The notes under the pieces are model-generated. The model had not been told where the DNA came from, ran no database searches, and saw nothing but the letters and a program-made list of their open reading frames with translations. From NCBI GenBank assembly GCA_963704885.1, contig CAVPIB010000019.1, forward strand, positions 1-64,000: DNA of 64,000 nt, written 5' to 3'. How positions within the stretch are numbered: position 1 is the first letter of the stretch; each line of letters opens with the position of its first letter. Source of the stretch: an uncultured Actinomycetes bacterium. GTDB taxonomy: Bacteria; Actinomycetota; UBA4738; HRBIN12. Of the stretch, positions 1 through 9,628 are shown piece after piece. The position numbers and the translations under genes were made by a program.

Positions 1-2
1 AG

Positions 3-686
3 GAGTTCCGGCTCGTCTACGTGGATCACCGGGGTCACGGACGGAGCGACAAGCCGCACGACCCGCAGGCGTACGCGATGCCGTTGCGGGTCGCCGATGT
101 CGTGGCGGTCCTCGACGAGCTAGACATCGTGCGCGCGCACTTCATCGGTATCTCCTGGGGCGGGAGGCTCTGCTTCGGGATCGGCGAACATGCGCCCGGC
201 CGTGTCCGGTCGCTCGTCACCATCGGCCAGCATCCGTACACGATCGATCCGGATGGCCCGCTCGCCCGCGTGGTGGGGGAGGCCATGGCCGCGTCCCGAG
301 AGCAGGGCATCGAGGCCCTCGTCAAGGCGTTCGAGGCCATCGCAGGCCGCTATCCGGAGCCCGTTCGCGCCGTGTACCTGGCAAGTGACGCCGCGGCGAT
401 GCAGGCCGCTTGGCGCGCCGCGATGGCAGAGGGACCGGTCTCAGTGGATCTCGGTGCCTGGGGAGTCCGTTGCCTGATCTGCGTCGCGGCCGACGACGTC
501 GACTTCTTCGATCAAGCGCGCCGCGCGGCCGAGGAGATCCCGAACGCGGAGTTCGTAGCGATAGGCGGAACGGACCACCTCGGCGTCGACACCGCGCCGG
601 TCGACACGATCCTGCCCGCCGTTCTGCGAACGCTGCGCGGCCCGAGCTGGGTGAGCTCCCAACCGACTCTCGACGCCCAGGAATAA
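3..686 (+). CDS. alpha/beta hydrolase, 5' end outside the window
   Basis: Frame is open to the window edge. Contains DHRGHGRS, the nucleophile elbow GISWGG and a C-terminal DH. Confidence 0.85.
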   Translation, partial: EFRLVYVDHRGHGRSDKPHDPQAYAMPLRVADVVAVLDELDIVRAHFIGISWGGRLCFGIGEHAPGRVRSLVTIGQHPYTIDPDGPLARVVGEAMAASREQGIEALVKAFEAIAGRYPEPVRAVYLASDAAAMQAAWRAAMAEGPVSVDLGAWGVRCLICVAADDVDFFDQARRAAEEIPNAEFVAIGGTDHLGVDTAPVDTILPAVLRTLRGPSWVSSQPTLDAQE

Positions 687-760
687 GCGACGCCCTTGGT
701 AGGATTTGCACCTGCAACGGGCGGGCCTTCCGCACGCCCCCGATCACAGGACGAAGGGCC

Positions 761-1162
761 ATGTCCGACCTCGACGGCGTCTACTTCAAGGAGATCGTGG
801 AGCAAGGGCTCCGCGAGTTCCCCAACGAATGCTGCGGAGTGATCGCGGGCAACGGCGACGGCCATCCGGTGAAGGTCTTCTCCATGAAGAACGCGGACGC
901 CAGTCCTGCCACCTACCGGCTGGACGGCAAGGAGCAGCTCCACGTCTTCGACGAGCTGGACGAGCGCGGGTGGGAGCTGTGGGCGATCTACCACTCGCAC
1001 ACGCACTCCGAGGCCTATCCGTCCGAAACCGACCGCCGATTGGCCTTCTATCCGGACGCTCGCTACATGATCCTGTCGCTCGCCGATCGCGATAAGCCCG
1101 AACTCCGCTCGTTCTTCATCCGCGACGGCGAGGTGGAAGAAGAGGAGCTGACGATCATATGA
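761..1162 (+). CDS. mec: JAMM/MPN+ metallopeptidase (CysO-cysteine peptidase)
   Basis: ECCG plus YHSHTHSEAYPSETD JAMM motif. First gene of the moeB-cysO-cysM cluster. ATG at 761. Confidence 0.88.
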   Translation: MSDLDGVYFKEIVEQGLREFPNECCGVIAGNGDGHPVKVFSMKNADASPATYRLDGKEQLHVFDELDERGWELWAIYHSHTHSEAYPSETDRRLAFYPDARYMILSLADRDKPELRSFFIRDGEVEEEELTII

Positions 1163-1989
1163 CCGAGCAGAAGCCGATGTTCAACGAGGATCAGGTGCAG
1201 CGCTACTCGCGCCACATCATCCTGCCCAACGTCGGCGGGGCCGGACAGCGGAAGCTGTTGGATGCGAGCGTCCTCGTTATCGGCGCCGGCGGCTTGGGCT
1301 CGCCGGTCTCGATGTACCTGGCGGCCGCAGGGATCGGCAAGCTCGGGATCGTGGACTTCGACCACGTGGACGTGACCAACCTGCAGCGTCAGATCCTGCA
1401 CACGACGCCCGATATCGGACGCTCGAAGGTCGAATCGGCCGTCGAGCACCTGCGGGCGATCAACCCAACCATCGACATCGTCGGACACGACACGCTCCTG
1501 TTCAGCACCAACGTGTTCGAAGTGATGGAGCCCTACGACGTGGTTATCGACGGGACCGACAACTTCCCGGTTCGTTACCTGGTGAACGACGCGACGCAGT
1601 TCATGGGCAAGCCGTTGGTATACGGCTCGATCTACCAGTTCGAGGGTCAGGCAACGGTGTTCTTGCCGGGCCAGGAAGCGCCCTGCTACCGCTGTTTGTT
1701 CCCCTCGCCTCCGCCGCCTGGAACCGTGCCCAGCTGTGCGGAGGGCGGAGTGTTCGGCGTGCTGCCGGGCGTGATCGGTGCGGTCCAGGCCACCGAGGCG
1801 ATCAAGCTGATCACCGGCGAGGGGGACACGCTGGTCGGCCGCTTGCTGCTCTACGACGCCCTCCACATGGACTTCCAGGAAGTGAAGATCCGCTGGGATG
1901 CCGACTGTCCGGTGTGCGGCAAGGAGCCGACGATCACCGAGCTGATCGACTACGAAGCGTTCTGCGGTGTGTCCGCCCGTCCCGAGTGA
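1159..1989 (+). CDS. moeB: MoeB/ThiF-family sulfur-carrier adenylyltransferase, no rhodanese domain
   Basis: RYSRH, GAGGLG, NLQRQ, DGTDNF, CYRC and CPVC motifs. Overlaps the mec stop (ATGA). Confidence 0.9.
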   Translation: MTEQKPMFNEDQVQRYSRHIILPNVGGAGQRKLLDASVLVIGAGGLGSPVSMYLAAAGIGKLGIVDFDHVDVTNLQRQILHTTPDIGRSKVESAVEHLRAINPTIDIVGHDTLLFSTNVFEVMEPYDVVIDGTDNFPVRYLVNDATQFMGKPLVYGSIYQFEGQATVFLPGQEAPCYRCLFPSPPPPGTVPSCAEGGVFGVLPGVIGAVQATEAIKLITGEGDTLVGRLLLYDALHMDFQEVKIRWDADCPVCGKEPTITELIDYEAFCGVSARPE

Positions 1990-2009
1990 CCACGAAGGAG
2001 ACCGACCGA

Positions 2010-2285
2010 ATGTCCGTAACCGTGAAGCTCCCCACGATCTTGCGCAAGCACGCCGCCGGCGAGGCGAAGGTGGGCGCCGACGGCGCCACGCTCCGTGACG
2101 TGCTCGGCGACCTCGAAACCAAGTACCCGGGCATCACGAAGAACGTGCTCGCGGAGGACGGCGGTCTCCACCGTTTCATCAACGTGTATGTGAACGACGA
2201 GGACGTGCGGTATCTCGGGTCGTTGGAGACCGAGGTCAAGGAAGGCGACACCGTCTCGATCCTCCCCGCCGTCGCGGGCGGCTAG
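2010..2285 (+). CDS. cysO: ubiquitin-like sulfur carrier (MoaD/ThiS/CysO family)
   Basis: Ends in PAVAGG, contains INVYVNDEDVR. AAGGAG RBS upstream. Next to cysM. Confidence 0.9.
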   Translation: MSVTVKLPTILRKHAAGEAKVGADGATLRDVLGDLETKYPGITKNVLAEDGGLHRFINVYVNDEDVRYLGSLETEVKEGDTVSILPAVAGG

Positions 2286-2346
2286 CGATCCTGGGTCGAG
2301 GGATCGTCTACCGGGTGTTCCGATAGTCGCTGGGATAATCGGACCC

Positions 2347-3279
2347 GTGCGCTACGACGACATATTGGACGCGATCGGCAACACGCCGCTCGTGGGCATG
2401 CCCCACATGTCCCCGAGGCCCGGGGTGCGCCTGTGGGCCAAGCTCGAGGGCAGCAACCCCACCGGATCCACCAAGGATCGCATCGCCAAGAAGATGATCG
2501 AGGTCGCTGAGGCGTCGGGCGATCTCACGCCCGACAAGACGATCCTGGAGCCGACCTCGGGGAATACGGGGATCTCGCTCGCCATGGTCGCCGCCCGCAA
2601 GGGATACAAACTCACCGTCGTGATCCCCGACAACGCCAGCCAGGAGCGCATCGGACTCCTCCGGTTGTTCGGCGCCGAGATCGTGTTCAGCGACGGTGAG
2701 AAAGGCACGAACGGTTCGATCGAGGTCGCGCGGCGGTTGGCGCAAGATCCGAAGTACTTCATGCCATTCCAGTACGGCAACGCCGCCAATCCGCTCGCGC
2801 ACGAAGAGGGCACGGCCGAGGAGATCCTGGCCGACCTGCCGACCATCACGCACTTCGTGGCGGGGATGGGCACCGGCGGCACGCTCACCGGCAACGGCCG
2901 TCGTCTTCACGCCCACGACGCGAGCATCCAGGTGATCGCCGCGGAGCCCGAACTCGGCGACCTGGTGTATGGGCTCCGCTCGCTCGATGAGGGGTTCGTT
3001 CCGCCGATCTTCGATCCGACCGAGGTCGACCGGAAGTTCCTGGTCAACTCCTCCGATGCGCTTCGAACCAACCGGGAACTGACGTCACGAGAGGGGATCT
3101 TCGCGGGGATCTCCTCCGGCGCGGTCGTTCACGTCGCGCAGCGGATCGCAGCCGAGCTGGACCAAGGAGACGTGGTCTGCCTGCTGGCCGATGGAGGCTG
3201 GAAGTACCTCTCCACCGAGGCCTGGGCCGAAGACATCGAGACGGCCGAGAAGGGCGTCGCGGAGTCGCTCTGGTGGTAG
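2347..3279 (+). CDS. cysM: PLP-dependent cysteine synthase, CysO-dependent type by context
   Basis: NPTGSTKDR (PLP lysine), EPTSGNTG, GMGTGGT, DGGWKYLST. Confidence 0.9.
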   Translation: MRYDDILDAIGNTPLVGMPHMSPRPGVRLWAKLEGSNPTGSTKDRIAKKMIEVAEASGDLTPDKTILEPTSGNTGISLAMVAARKGYKLTVVIPDNASQERIGLLRLFGAEIVFSDGEKGTNGSIEVARRLAQDPKYFMPFQYGNAANPLAHEEGTAEEILADLPTITHFVAGMGTGGTLTGNGRRLHAHDASIQVIAAEPELGDLVYGLRSLDEGFVPPIFDPTEVDRKFLVNSSDALRTNRELTSREGIFAGISSGAVVHVAQRIAAELDQGDVVCLLADGGWKYLSTEAWAEDIETAEKGVAESLWW

Positions 3280-3286
3280 TTCGCCG

Positions 3287-4114
3287 GTGAGCGACCCGCG
3301 TCCGATCGGTGTGTTCGACTCTGGGGTCGGCGGTCTCACCGTCGCCCGTGCCATCCTCGACCTCCTGCCCCATGAGCCGCTGCTCTACATCGGCGACACA
3401 GCACGTTCCCCGTACGGTCCGCGGCCGGTCGAAGAGATCCGTCGGTTCGCGTCGGAGATCGTGGACTACCTGGTCCATCGCGACGTGAAGATGCTCGTGG
3501 TCGCGTGCAACTCGGTGGAGGTGTCCGGGCTCGAAGACATCCTGGGTCGGGCCGTTATCCCGGTGGTCGGCGTGGTCGACCCCGGCACGCGCGCCGCGGT
3601 GCACGCCACCCGCAACGGGGTCCTCGGCATGATCGGCACCGAGGCCACCGTCAAGAGCGGGGCCTACGACCGCGCGGTGGCCGCAACGGGCGCCGATGTG
3701 GAGCTTCATCAACAGGCGTGCCCGCTCTTCGTTGAACGTGTCGAGCAGGGCGACACAACGAGCGATGCTTTACGAGAGGCTGCGCGAGGGTATCTTGTGC
3801 CGTTGGTCGAGAGGGGTATAGACACCTTGATCCTGGGTTGCACGCACTACCCGTTGCTCTCGGGTCTGCTCCAGCTGGAGCTCGGACCCGACGTCGTGCT
3901 GGTCTCCTCGGCCGAGGAAACGGCGAAGGACGTGTACGCCACGCTCGTGGGCCGAGGGCTGCAGCGCGACGATGCCGGTCCGCCCATCCACGAGTTCCTG
4001 GCCACCGGGGATCCGGCGCAGTTCCAGCAGGTGGCAGAGGTCTTCCTAGGCCCCGAGCTCTCCGAGGTCCGTGCGGCGCAGGCCGCGCCCGTTGGGGGCG
4101 GTTCGTGGAGCTGA
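3287..4114 (+). CDS. murI: glutamate racemase
   Basis: FDSGVGGLTV, VACNS, LGCTHYP. Confidence 0.95.
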   Translation: MSDPRPIGVFDSGVGGLTVARAILDLLPHEPLLYIGDTARSPYGPRPVEEIRRFASEIVDYLVHRDVKMLVVACNSVEVSGLEDILGRAVIPVVGVVDPGTRAAVHATRNGVLGMIGTEATVKSGAYDRAVAATGADVELHQQACPLFVERVEQGDTTSDALREAARGYLVPLVERGIDTLILGCTHYPLLSGLLQLELGPDVVLVSSAEETAKDVYATLVGRGLQRDDAGPPIHEFLATGDPAQFQQVAEVFLGPELSEVRAAQAAPVGGGSWS

Positions 4115-4857
4115 CCGTCCTCGGCTCAGGCGGCACCTGGCCTCGCCCGGCCGGCGCCACCAGCGGGTACCTGGTGCGACACGAGGGGTTCAACCTGTGG
4201 ATGGATGCCGGGACTGGCACGTTCGCCCGCCTCCAGGAGCACATCGGGATCGCCGACATCCACGGGCTGCTGATCACGCATGCGCATCCCGACCACTTCG
4301 TGGACGTGTACCCGTGCTTCTACGCTCGGCACTACGGAGAGCTGGGGGACCCGGGGATCCCGCTCGTCGCGCCCGAAGACTTCTGGGGCCATATGGCGGG
4401 CCTGGTGTCTGAGGACGGCCGCGACGTCGCAGCCACCAGCTTCGATCTACGGGCGACGCCGCCCGGCGCTGACTTCGAGATCGGGCCCTTCCGGATCCGT
4501 TCGTTCGAGATGACCCATATCGGCGTCCAGTCGTTGGGCTATCGGATCGAGGCCGGCGGCAAGACGCTCGCCTATACGGGCGACAGCGGGCCCTGCGACG
4601 AGGTCGTGAAGTTGGCGGAGGACGCCGATCTGTTCTTGTGCGAGGCCACCTGGAAGCACGACGACGGCCTGCTCCCGTTCCACATGTCGGCCCGACAGGC
4701 GGGGGAGCACGCGGCGCGAGCGGGAGCCGGGAGCCTGGTACTCACCCACATATGGCCGACGCTCGATCCGGAGGACTCCAAGGCCGAGGCTTCGGGCGCG
4801 TTCGATGGCCCGATCGAAGTGGCGAGGGGCGGGCGTCGCTGGCAGGTGGGCGGGTGA
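4105..4857 (+). CDS. MBL-fold metallo-hydrolase (Rv1339-like position between murI and rph)
   Basis: [30 protein letters not shown]. Conserved actinobacterial synteny. Confidence 0.88.
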   Translation: MELTVLGSGGTWPRPAGATSGYLVRHEGFNLWMDAGTGTFARLQEHIGIADIHGLLITHAHPDHFVDVYPCFYARHYGELGDPGIPLVAPEDFWGHMAGLVSEDGRDVAATSFDLRATPPGADFEIGPFRIRSFEMTHIGVQSLGYRIEAGGKTLAYTGDSGPCDEVVKLAEDADLFLCEATWKHDDGLLPFHMSARQAGEHAARAGAGSLVLTHIWPTLDPEDSKAEASGAFDGPIEVARGGRRWQVGG

Positions 4858-5573
4858 CACGCCCCGATGGGCGCCAGACCGACGAGCTCCGTCCCGTGGC
4901 TTGGGAGCTCGGATACCAGGAGTGGGCAGACGGCTCGGTGTTGCTGTCCATGGGCAAGACGCGCGTGTTGATCGCCGCGTCCGTCTCCGAGGACGTTCCC
5001 CGCTGGCTGAAGGGAACCGGGAAGGGCTGGGTCACCGGCGAGTACTCGATGCTTCCCCGGGCCACCACCGAAAGATCACCGCGCGAGGTGAACAAAGGTC
5101 GGCCCGGAGGTCGAACCCAGGAGATCCAGCGGTTGATCGGGCGTTCGCTGCGCTCGGTCACCGATCTCGGGCGATTGGGAGAACGCACGATCACGATCGA
5201 CTGCGACGTCCTGCAGGCCGACGCCGGCACGCGGACAGCGTCGATCACGGGAGGCTACGTGGCGCTGGCGCTCGCGCTCCGCGGACTCTCCGACCGTGGG
5301 CTGATCCCCGACGACGTGCTGACGGATAGCATCGCCGCGGTCTCGGTCGGCATCGTGGACGGACAGGCCCGGCTGGACCTCTGCTACGACGAGGATGCCG
5401 GTGCCGATGTCGACTTCAACGTCGTGATGACCGGCGGCGGGTCCTACGTCGAGGTGCAGGGAACGGCCGAGGGCACGCCGTTCTCCCGCGCCGACCTGGA
5501 CGCGCTCCTGGATCTGGCCTCGGCCGGCATCTCCGAGCTCACCGAGATCCAGCAGCAGGTGCTGGGCGCCTGA
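4854..5573 (+). CDS. rph: ribonuclease PH
   Basis: [36 protein letters not shown]. Confidence 0.96.
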   Translation: MTRPDGRQTDELRPVAWELGYQEWADGSVLLSMGKTRVLIAASVSEDVPRWLKGTGKGWVTGEYSMLPRATTERSPREVNKGRPGGRTQEIQRLIGRSLRSVTDLGRLGERTITIDCDVLQADAGTRTASITGGYVALALALRGLSDRGLIPDDVLTDSIAAVSVGIVDGQARLDLCYDEDAGADVDFNVVMTGGGSYVEVQGTAEGTPFSRADLDALLDLASAGISELTEIQQQVLGA

Positions 5574-5581
5574 CCGGCCCC

Positions 5582-6196
5582 ATGTCGTTCCCGTCGCGGA
5601 TCGCGATCGCCTCGCAGAACGCGCACAAGCTCCGGGAGATCGGCCGGATCTGCGCCGACTGGCCCGTGGAATGGTTGACCATCCAGAACCATGAAGGACC
5701 CTGGCCCGACGTTGATGAAACGGGCGAAACCTACCTAGAGAACGCGCTCCTGAAGGCCCGCGCCGTGGCCGATTCGCTCGGCGTGCCGGCGCTCGCCGAC
5801 GACTCCGGCATAGAGGTGGATGCGCTGGGCGGCAGGCCGGGCCCCCGATCGGCCCGATTCTCCGGTCCCGATGCCACCGACGAAGGGAACCTCAAGGCCC
5901 TGATGCAGGCGCTCGCCGGAGTGCCCGCAGGCGGCCGGAGCGCCCGGTACCGCTGCGTCGCCGCCATCGCGTGGCCGGGTGGTGAGGTGTTGCACTCCGA
6001 AGGGGTGTGCGAGGGCGCGCTCGTGGGCAAGCGCCGTGGTCAACGGGGGTTCGGCTATGACCCGATCTTCGTGCCCGTGGGGTGGGAGGACACCATGGCG
6101 GAGATCTCCGACGAGCAGAAGGACCGGATCAGCCATCGCGGAAGGGCGTTCCGCGCGCTCCACGACCTTCTCGCGGAGGCCGGGCAGGCCCCCTGA
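5582..6196 (+). CDS. rdgB: dITP/XTP pyrophosphatase (Ham1 family)
   Basis: ENALLKA, ADDSG, GFGYDPIF, SHRGRA. Confidence 0.95.
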   Translation: MSFPSRIAIASQNAHKLREIGRICADWPVEWLTIQNHEGPWPDVDETGETYLENALLKARAVADSLGVPALADDSGIEVDALGGRPGPRSARFSGPDATDEGNLKALMQALAGVPAGGRSARYRCVAAIAWPGGEVLHSEGVCEGALVGKRRGQRGFGYDPIFVPVGWEDTMAEISDEQKDRISHRGRAFRALHDLLAEAGQAP

Positions 6197-6281
6197 GCAG
6201 GCAAGTAGGCCATCCTGGAGCCCATCACATCGGATGTCTACCCGACTCAAGGTAGCGCCGCGACCCGCCGACGCATCATTG

Positions 6282-7439
6282 ATGGGCGCAACCGGAGAGG
6301 CTGAAGCCACGGCGCAACCGCCGCGCCGTGAGCTGCATCGGACCCAGGGGTTCTTCGATGGGAGATCCCCCCGGCTGGTGTTCACGATCGGGATCACGTT
6401 CATGGCCACCGTCGCCGTTCTCGACGTCAAGACCGACCTCAGGTTCTCCCTGTCGCTCTTCTATCTGATGCCGATCGGACTGGTGGCTTGGAACCTGGGT
6501 CGTCGCGCCGGTGTCGCCGCGGCCGCCGTGGCCGCTGCCGCCGGGCTCGTGGCGGATCTCTTCGGTCCCGGCTCCCAGGGCGGCGTCGCCCCGTACTGGA
6601 ACTCCCTCGTGCAATTCGCGTTCTTCGTTGTGGTCGTTCAGCTCCTCGCGACGCTGAAGGAGTCTGTCGATGAGCAGACGCAACGGGCTGAGAAGGAGCA
6701 TCGAGTCTCGAGCGGGCTGCGAGAGCTGAACGACGTCAAGGACACCCTGCTACACGCCGTGTCGCACGACCTCAAAGGGCCGCTCGCCGGGATCATCGGC
6801 GCCATGTCCACGCTTCGCCGCGGCGAGGAGCTCCAGCTCACGGCCGACGAGGTTGAGAGCCTGTATCAGATGATCGAGCAGAGCGGGCGCAAGATGAACC
6901 GGCTGGTGGACGACATGCTGGATCTGGAGCGACTGGATCGCGGTCAGATACAGCCCGAGCGGGAGCCCACGGACATCGGCGACATGGTGCGGCGGGTCGC
7001 GCGCGAGGCGCCCGGCATGGACACCCACCCGGTCCGCATCGATGCGGACCCGCTCCTGGCGAACATCGACCCTGCCAAGGTGGAGCGGATCGTGGAGAAC
7101 CTGCTGGTGAACGCGGCTCGTCACACGCCGGGCGGGACGCCGGTTCATGTAACCGTGCGCGAGGGGCAGGGCGGGATCGTCTTGGTCATCGAGGACGAAG
7201 GTCCCGGTGTTCCAGAGGAGCTCAAGTCGACGCTGTTCGATCCGTTCCGTCAGGGACCCACCGCGGCCGGTCGCGGAGTGGGCATCGGCCTGTCGCTCGT
7301 GCGGCGGTTCGCCGAACTTCACGGCGGGACCGCCGAGATCGAGGATCGCGAAGGCGGCGGGGCGCGGTTCGTGATCGTGCTTCCATGCGAAGTGAGGCCC
7401 CTAGAGTCGGCGAGCGACGCGCGGCTGCGCGCCGTCTGA
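6282..7439 (+). CDS. membrane sensor histidine kinase with no adjacent response regulator
   Basis: Several N-terminal TM segments, H-box SHDLKGPL, N-box NLLVNA, G-boxes DEGPG and GIGL. Start may be 6234. Confidence 0.9.
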   Translation: MGATGEAEATAQPPRRELHRTQGFFDGRSPRLVFTIGITFMATVAVLDVKTDLRFSLSLFYLMPIGLVAWNLGRRAGVAAAAVAAAAGLVADLFGPGSQGGVAPYWNSLVQFAFFVVVVQLLATLKESVDEQTQRAEKEHRVSSGLRELNDVKDTLLHAVSHDLKGPLAGIIGAMSTLRRGEELQLTADEVESLYQMIEQSGRKMNRLVDDMLDLERLDRGQIQPEREPTDIGDMVRRVAREAPGMDTHPVRIDADPLLANIDPAKVERIVENLLVNAARHTPGGTPVHVTVREGQGGIVLVIEDEGPGVPEELKSTLFDPFRQGPTAAGRGVGIGLSLVRRFAELHGGTAEIEDREGGGARFVIVLPCEVRPLESASDARLRAV

Positions 7440-7458
7440 AGGCGCGTACGCACCCTTG

Positions 7459-7542
7459 TGCCGCTGCCGCGACTCGAACGCGGACGGGCGCTAGCCCACG
7501 TGGTCCTAAACCACGCGTGTCTACCAGTTCCACCACAGCGGC
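7459..7542 (-). tRNA. tRNA-Leu(UAG)
   Basis: GCCGCTG/CAGCGGC acceptor stem, CGTGG-TTTAGGA-CCACG anticodon arm, long variable arm, GTTCGAGTC T-arm. Confidence 0.95.
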
Positions 7543-7576
7543 GCGGCACAGAGCTTAGTCCCGAGAGAGCGTACGT

Positions 7577-8082
7577 ACGGCGCGGCTAAGAACACGATCA
7601 GCAAGCTGCTCCTGGACCTCGGGGACGCCTGCTCCGCCTACATGAACGAGGCGCTGGTGGACCTGCCCTGCACGACGATCCAGGCCGATGAGATCTGGTC
7701 GTTCGTCTACTCGAAGCAGGGACATATCCCCGAGGACCGTAAGGGCGAGTACGGCGTCGGGGACGTGTGGACCTGGGTTGCCCTGGACGCCGACACGAAG
7801 CTCGTGGCGTCCTACCTCGTGGGGGACCGTTCCGCCGACGCTGCCTATCGGTTCATCAGCGACCTGGCGGGACGACTGCGGGATCGCGTGCAGCTCTCGA
7901 CCGACGGCTTCCGTACCTACTTCGGAGCCATCGAGCGCGCCTTCGGGGCCGACATCGACTACGGCACCATCGTCAAGCAGTTCGAGAACGAGCGCCCGTC
8001 CGGCCGCTACAGCCCGCCGAACTGCATCGGGATCGAGCGCCACGTCGTCAAGGGCGACCCCGACGAGGACAAGATCTCCACA
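7577..8082 (+). mobile_element. internal fragment of an IS1-family-like DDE transposase, truncated at both ends
   Basis: Frame reads GAAKNTISKLL...IQADEIWSFVYSK...WTWVALDADTKL...STDG...GRYSPP...KIST, then homology breaks before the expected ER motif. No terminal inverted repeats seen. Confidence 0.75.
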
Positions 8083-8785
8083 CGTAGCGACGACTCAAGG
8101 ACTCGCTGCCCTTGCCGAGGGGCACTGTGGGCTTGGTCATCTCAGAACCTACTGGTACGACGGAGCTAGGGAGGCGCATCCCACCGCACAGCAACAGGCC
8201 ATTGGCAAACTGCCAGGCGTGAAGATCCGCTTGGGACGCCTAACAAGAGGGCGTCAGAAAGGGGTGGACTCGCGGATTGTCCGAGACCTCATCATCCTGT
8301 CCCAGGAGCGTGCACTTTCCGTGGCATACCTCTTGGGTGGGGATGAGGATCTTCGGGAGGGTGTGAGCGAGGCTCAGGAGCGGGGTGTACGGGTGGTGCT
8401 GCTCTCGATTCCCCTCACAAGGCCGAACCTGTCTCCAACCCTTGCTATGGAGGCGGACGACATTGTTCCCCTAGGTCGCGAGTTCTTCGAAGGCAAGATC
8501 GACCTTCTTCCTGAGGAGCCGAGTCTAGATGTTCCGGATGCTCCTCCTGTCCCAGCACCCGTCGGCGGGGTGCCCGCTCCGATCGAACCCGTCGTCGATC
8601 CTTCGGAGATAGATGCTGCTACGACATGGACGATGAGACTGCCAAACCCCACCTGGATGACGCCGACGCCATCCGCGATGGTTTTGGGAAGCGACGCGAA
8701 CCCAGTCGGTCAAACTGACCCACTACCTAGGTCGTTCGTCCCAGTGACTCGGGCCCGCCTCCCGTCGGATAATCGAAGGCTGTGA
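8083..8785 (+). pseudogene. NYN-domain (PIN-like) protein fragment lacking its N-terminus
   Basis: LRTYWYDG, RQKGVDSRIVRDL, LLGGDEDL..GV.EAQERGVRV and EAD motifs. No N-terminal acidic motif or own start. Codon usage is less GC-biased than the neighbours. Confidence 0.7.
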
Positions 8786-9555
8786 CCGCTCGACGACCCT
8801 TCGCCCTGTTGCTTGTTGCTGCCCTCGCGGCCGTGGCCTGCAGCCGGGCCGTGGCCACCGACGTTCAGCACGCTCCGGTTGTCGCTGCGTCACCTTCGCC
8901 GGTGGTCGAACCGGACCCCGTCGCGCTTGGTCCTGTGCTTCCCCGCGGGACGTTCGTAGCCAAGTCGAGGACCCCGGACCTGACGATCTGGCGCGGACCC
9001 GCCACGTCGTCGGGTCGTCGATGGACCTTCCCTTCCAGGAACGCCGTCGGCCAACCACTGTCGTTCCTGATAACGACGGCAGCCCGGGACGGGACCGGCG
9101 ACGCTTGGCTTCGGGTGTTGCTGCCGATCCGACCTAACGAAGCAGCGGGTTGGGTGCGCATGGACGAAGTCACCGTGCGCCGTGTCGATCAGCGGATCGT
9201 GGTGGACCTGTCGGATCGGAGCCTTCGCTACTATCGCGAGGGTGCACTAGTTGACCGGTTCGCGGTAGGGATCGGCAGGGCGGAGACGCCTACCGCCACC
9301 GGCACGTTCTACATCTGGGCGCAGGTGCCCCAAGCGAGCGCTTCGGGTCCGTACGGCGTCTTCGCCTTGGGCCTGTCGGGGTTCTCCCCGGTGCTGAAGG
9401 ACTGGCCGGGTGGCGGGCGGATGGCGATCCACGGGACCGCGAACGCCGGTGATCGCGGGCAGATGGTCTCGCACGGGTGCGTCCGCGTGTTCAACGACGA
9501 CATGCTCGATCTCAAACGGGTTCCGCTCGGCACCCCGGTGATCATCAGGACCTAG
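8782..9555 (+). CDS. L,D-transpeptidase (YkuD family) lipoprotein
   Basis: Lipobox-like AVAC, IVVDLS, TPTATG, AIHGT...SHGCVR. Confidence 0.9.
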   Translation: MTARRPFALLLVAALAAVACSRAVATDVQHAPVVAASPSPVVEPDPVALGPVLPRGTFVAKSRTPDLTIWRGPATSSGRRWTFPSRNAVGQPLSFLITTAARDGTGDAWLRVLLPIRPNEAAGWVRMDEVTVRRVDQRIVVDLSDRSLRYYREGALVDRFAVGIGRAETPTATGTFYIWAQVPQASASGPYGVFALGLSGFSPVLKDWPGGGRMAIHGTANAGDRGQMVSHGCVRVFNDDMLDLKRVPLGTPVIIRT

Positions 9556-9577
9556 CGGCGCAGCTTCTTCCGGCCTG

Positions 9578-9614
9578 CGAGGAGCCGGCCGAGCGTATGC
9601 CGGCCGGCTCCTCG
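9578..9614. terminator. perfect 14-bp hairpin between convergent genes
   Basis: CGAGGAGCCGGCCG (9578-9591) pairs with CGGCCGGCTCCTCG (9601-9614), 9-nt loop. Confidence 0.75.
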
Positions 9615-9628
9615 AGGTGGGCGGTTCT

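Noticed and set aside
761-2285. JAMM + E1 + ubiquitin-like genes as a bacterial ubiquitination or anti-phage system (Bil/CBASS-like)
   Set aside because: No E2, nucleotidyltransferase or effector is present. Linkage to cysM-murI-rph identifies the known CysO sulfur-carrier pathway.
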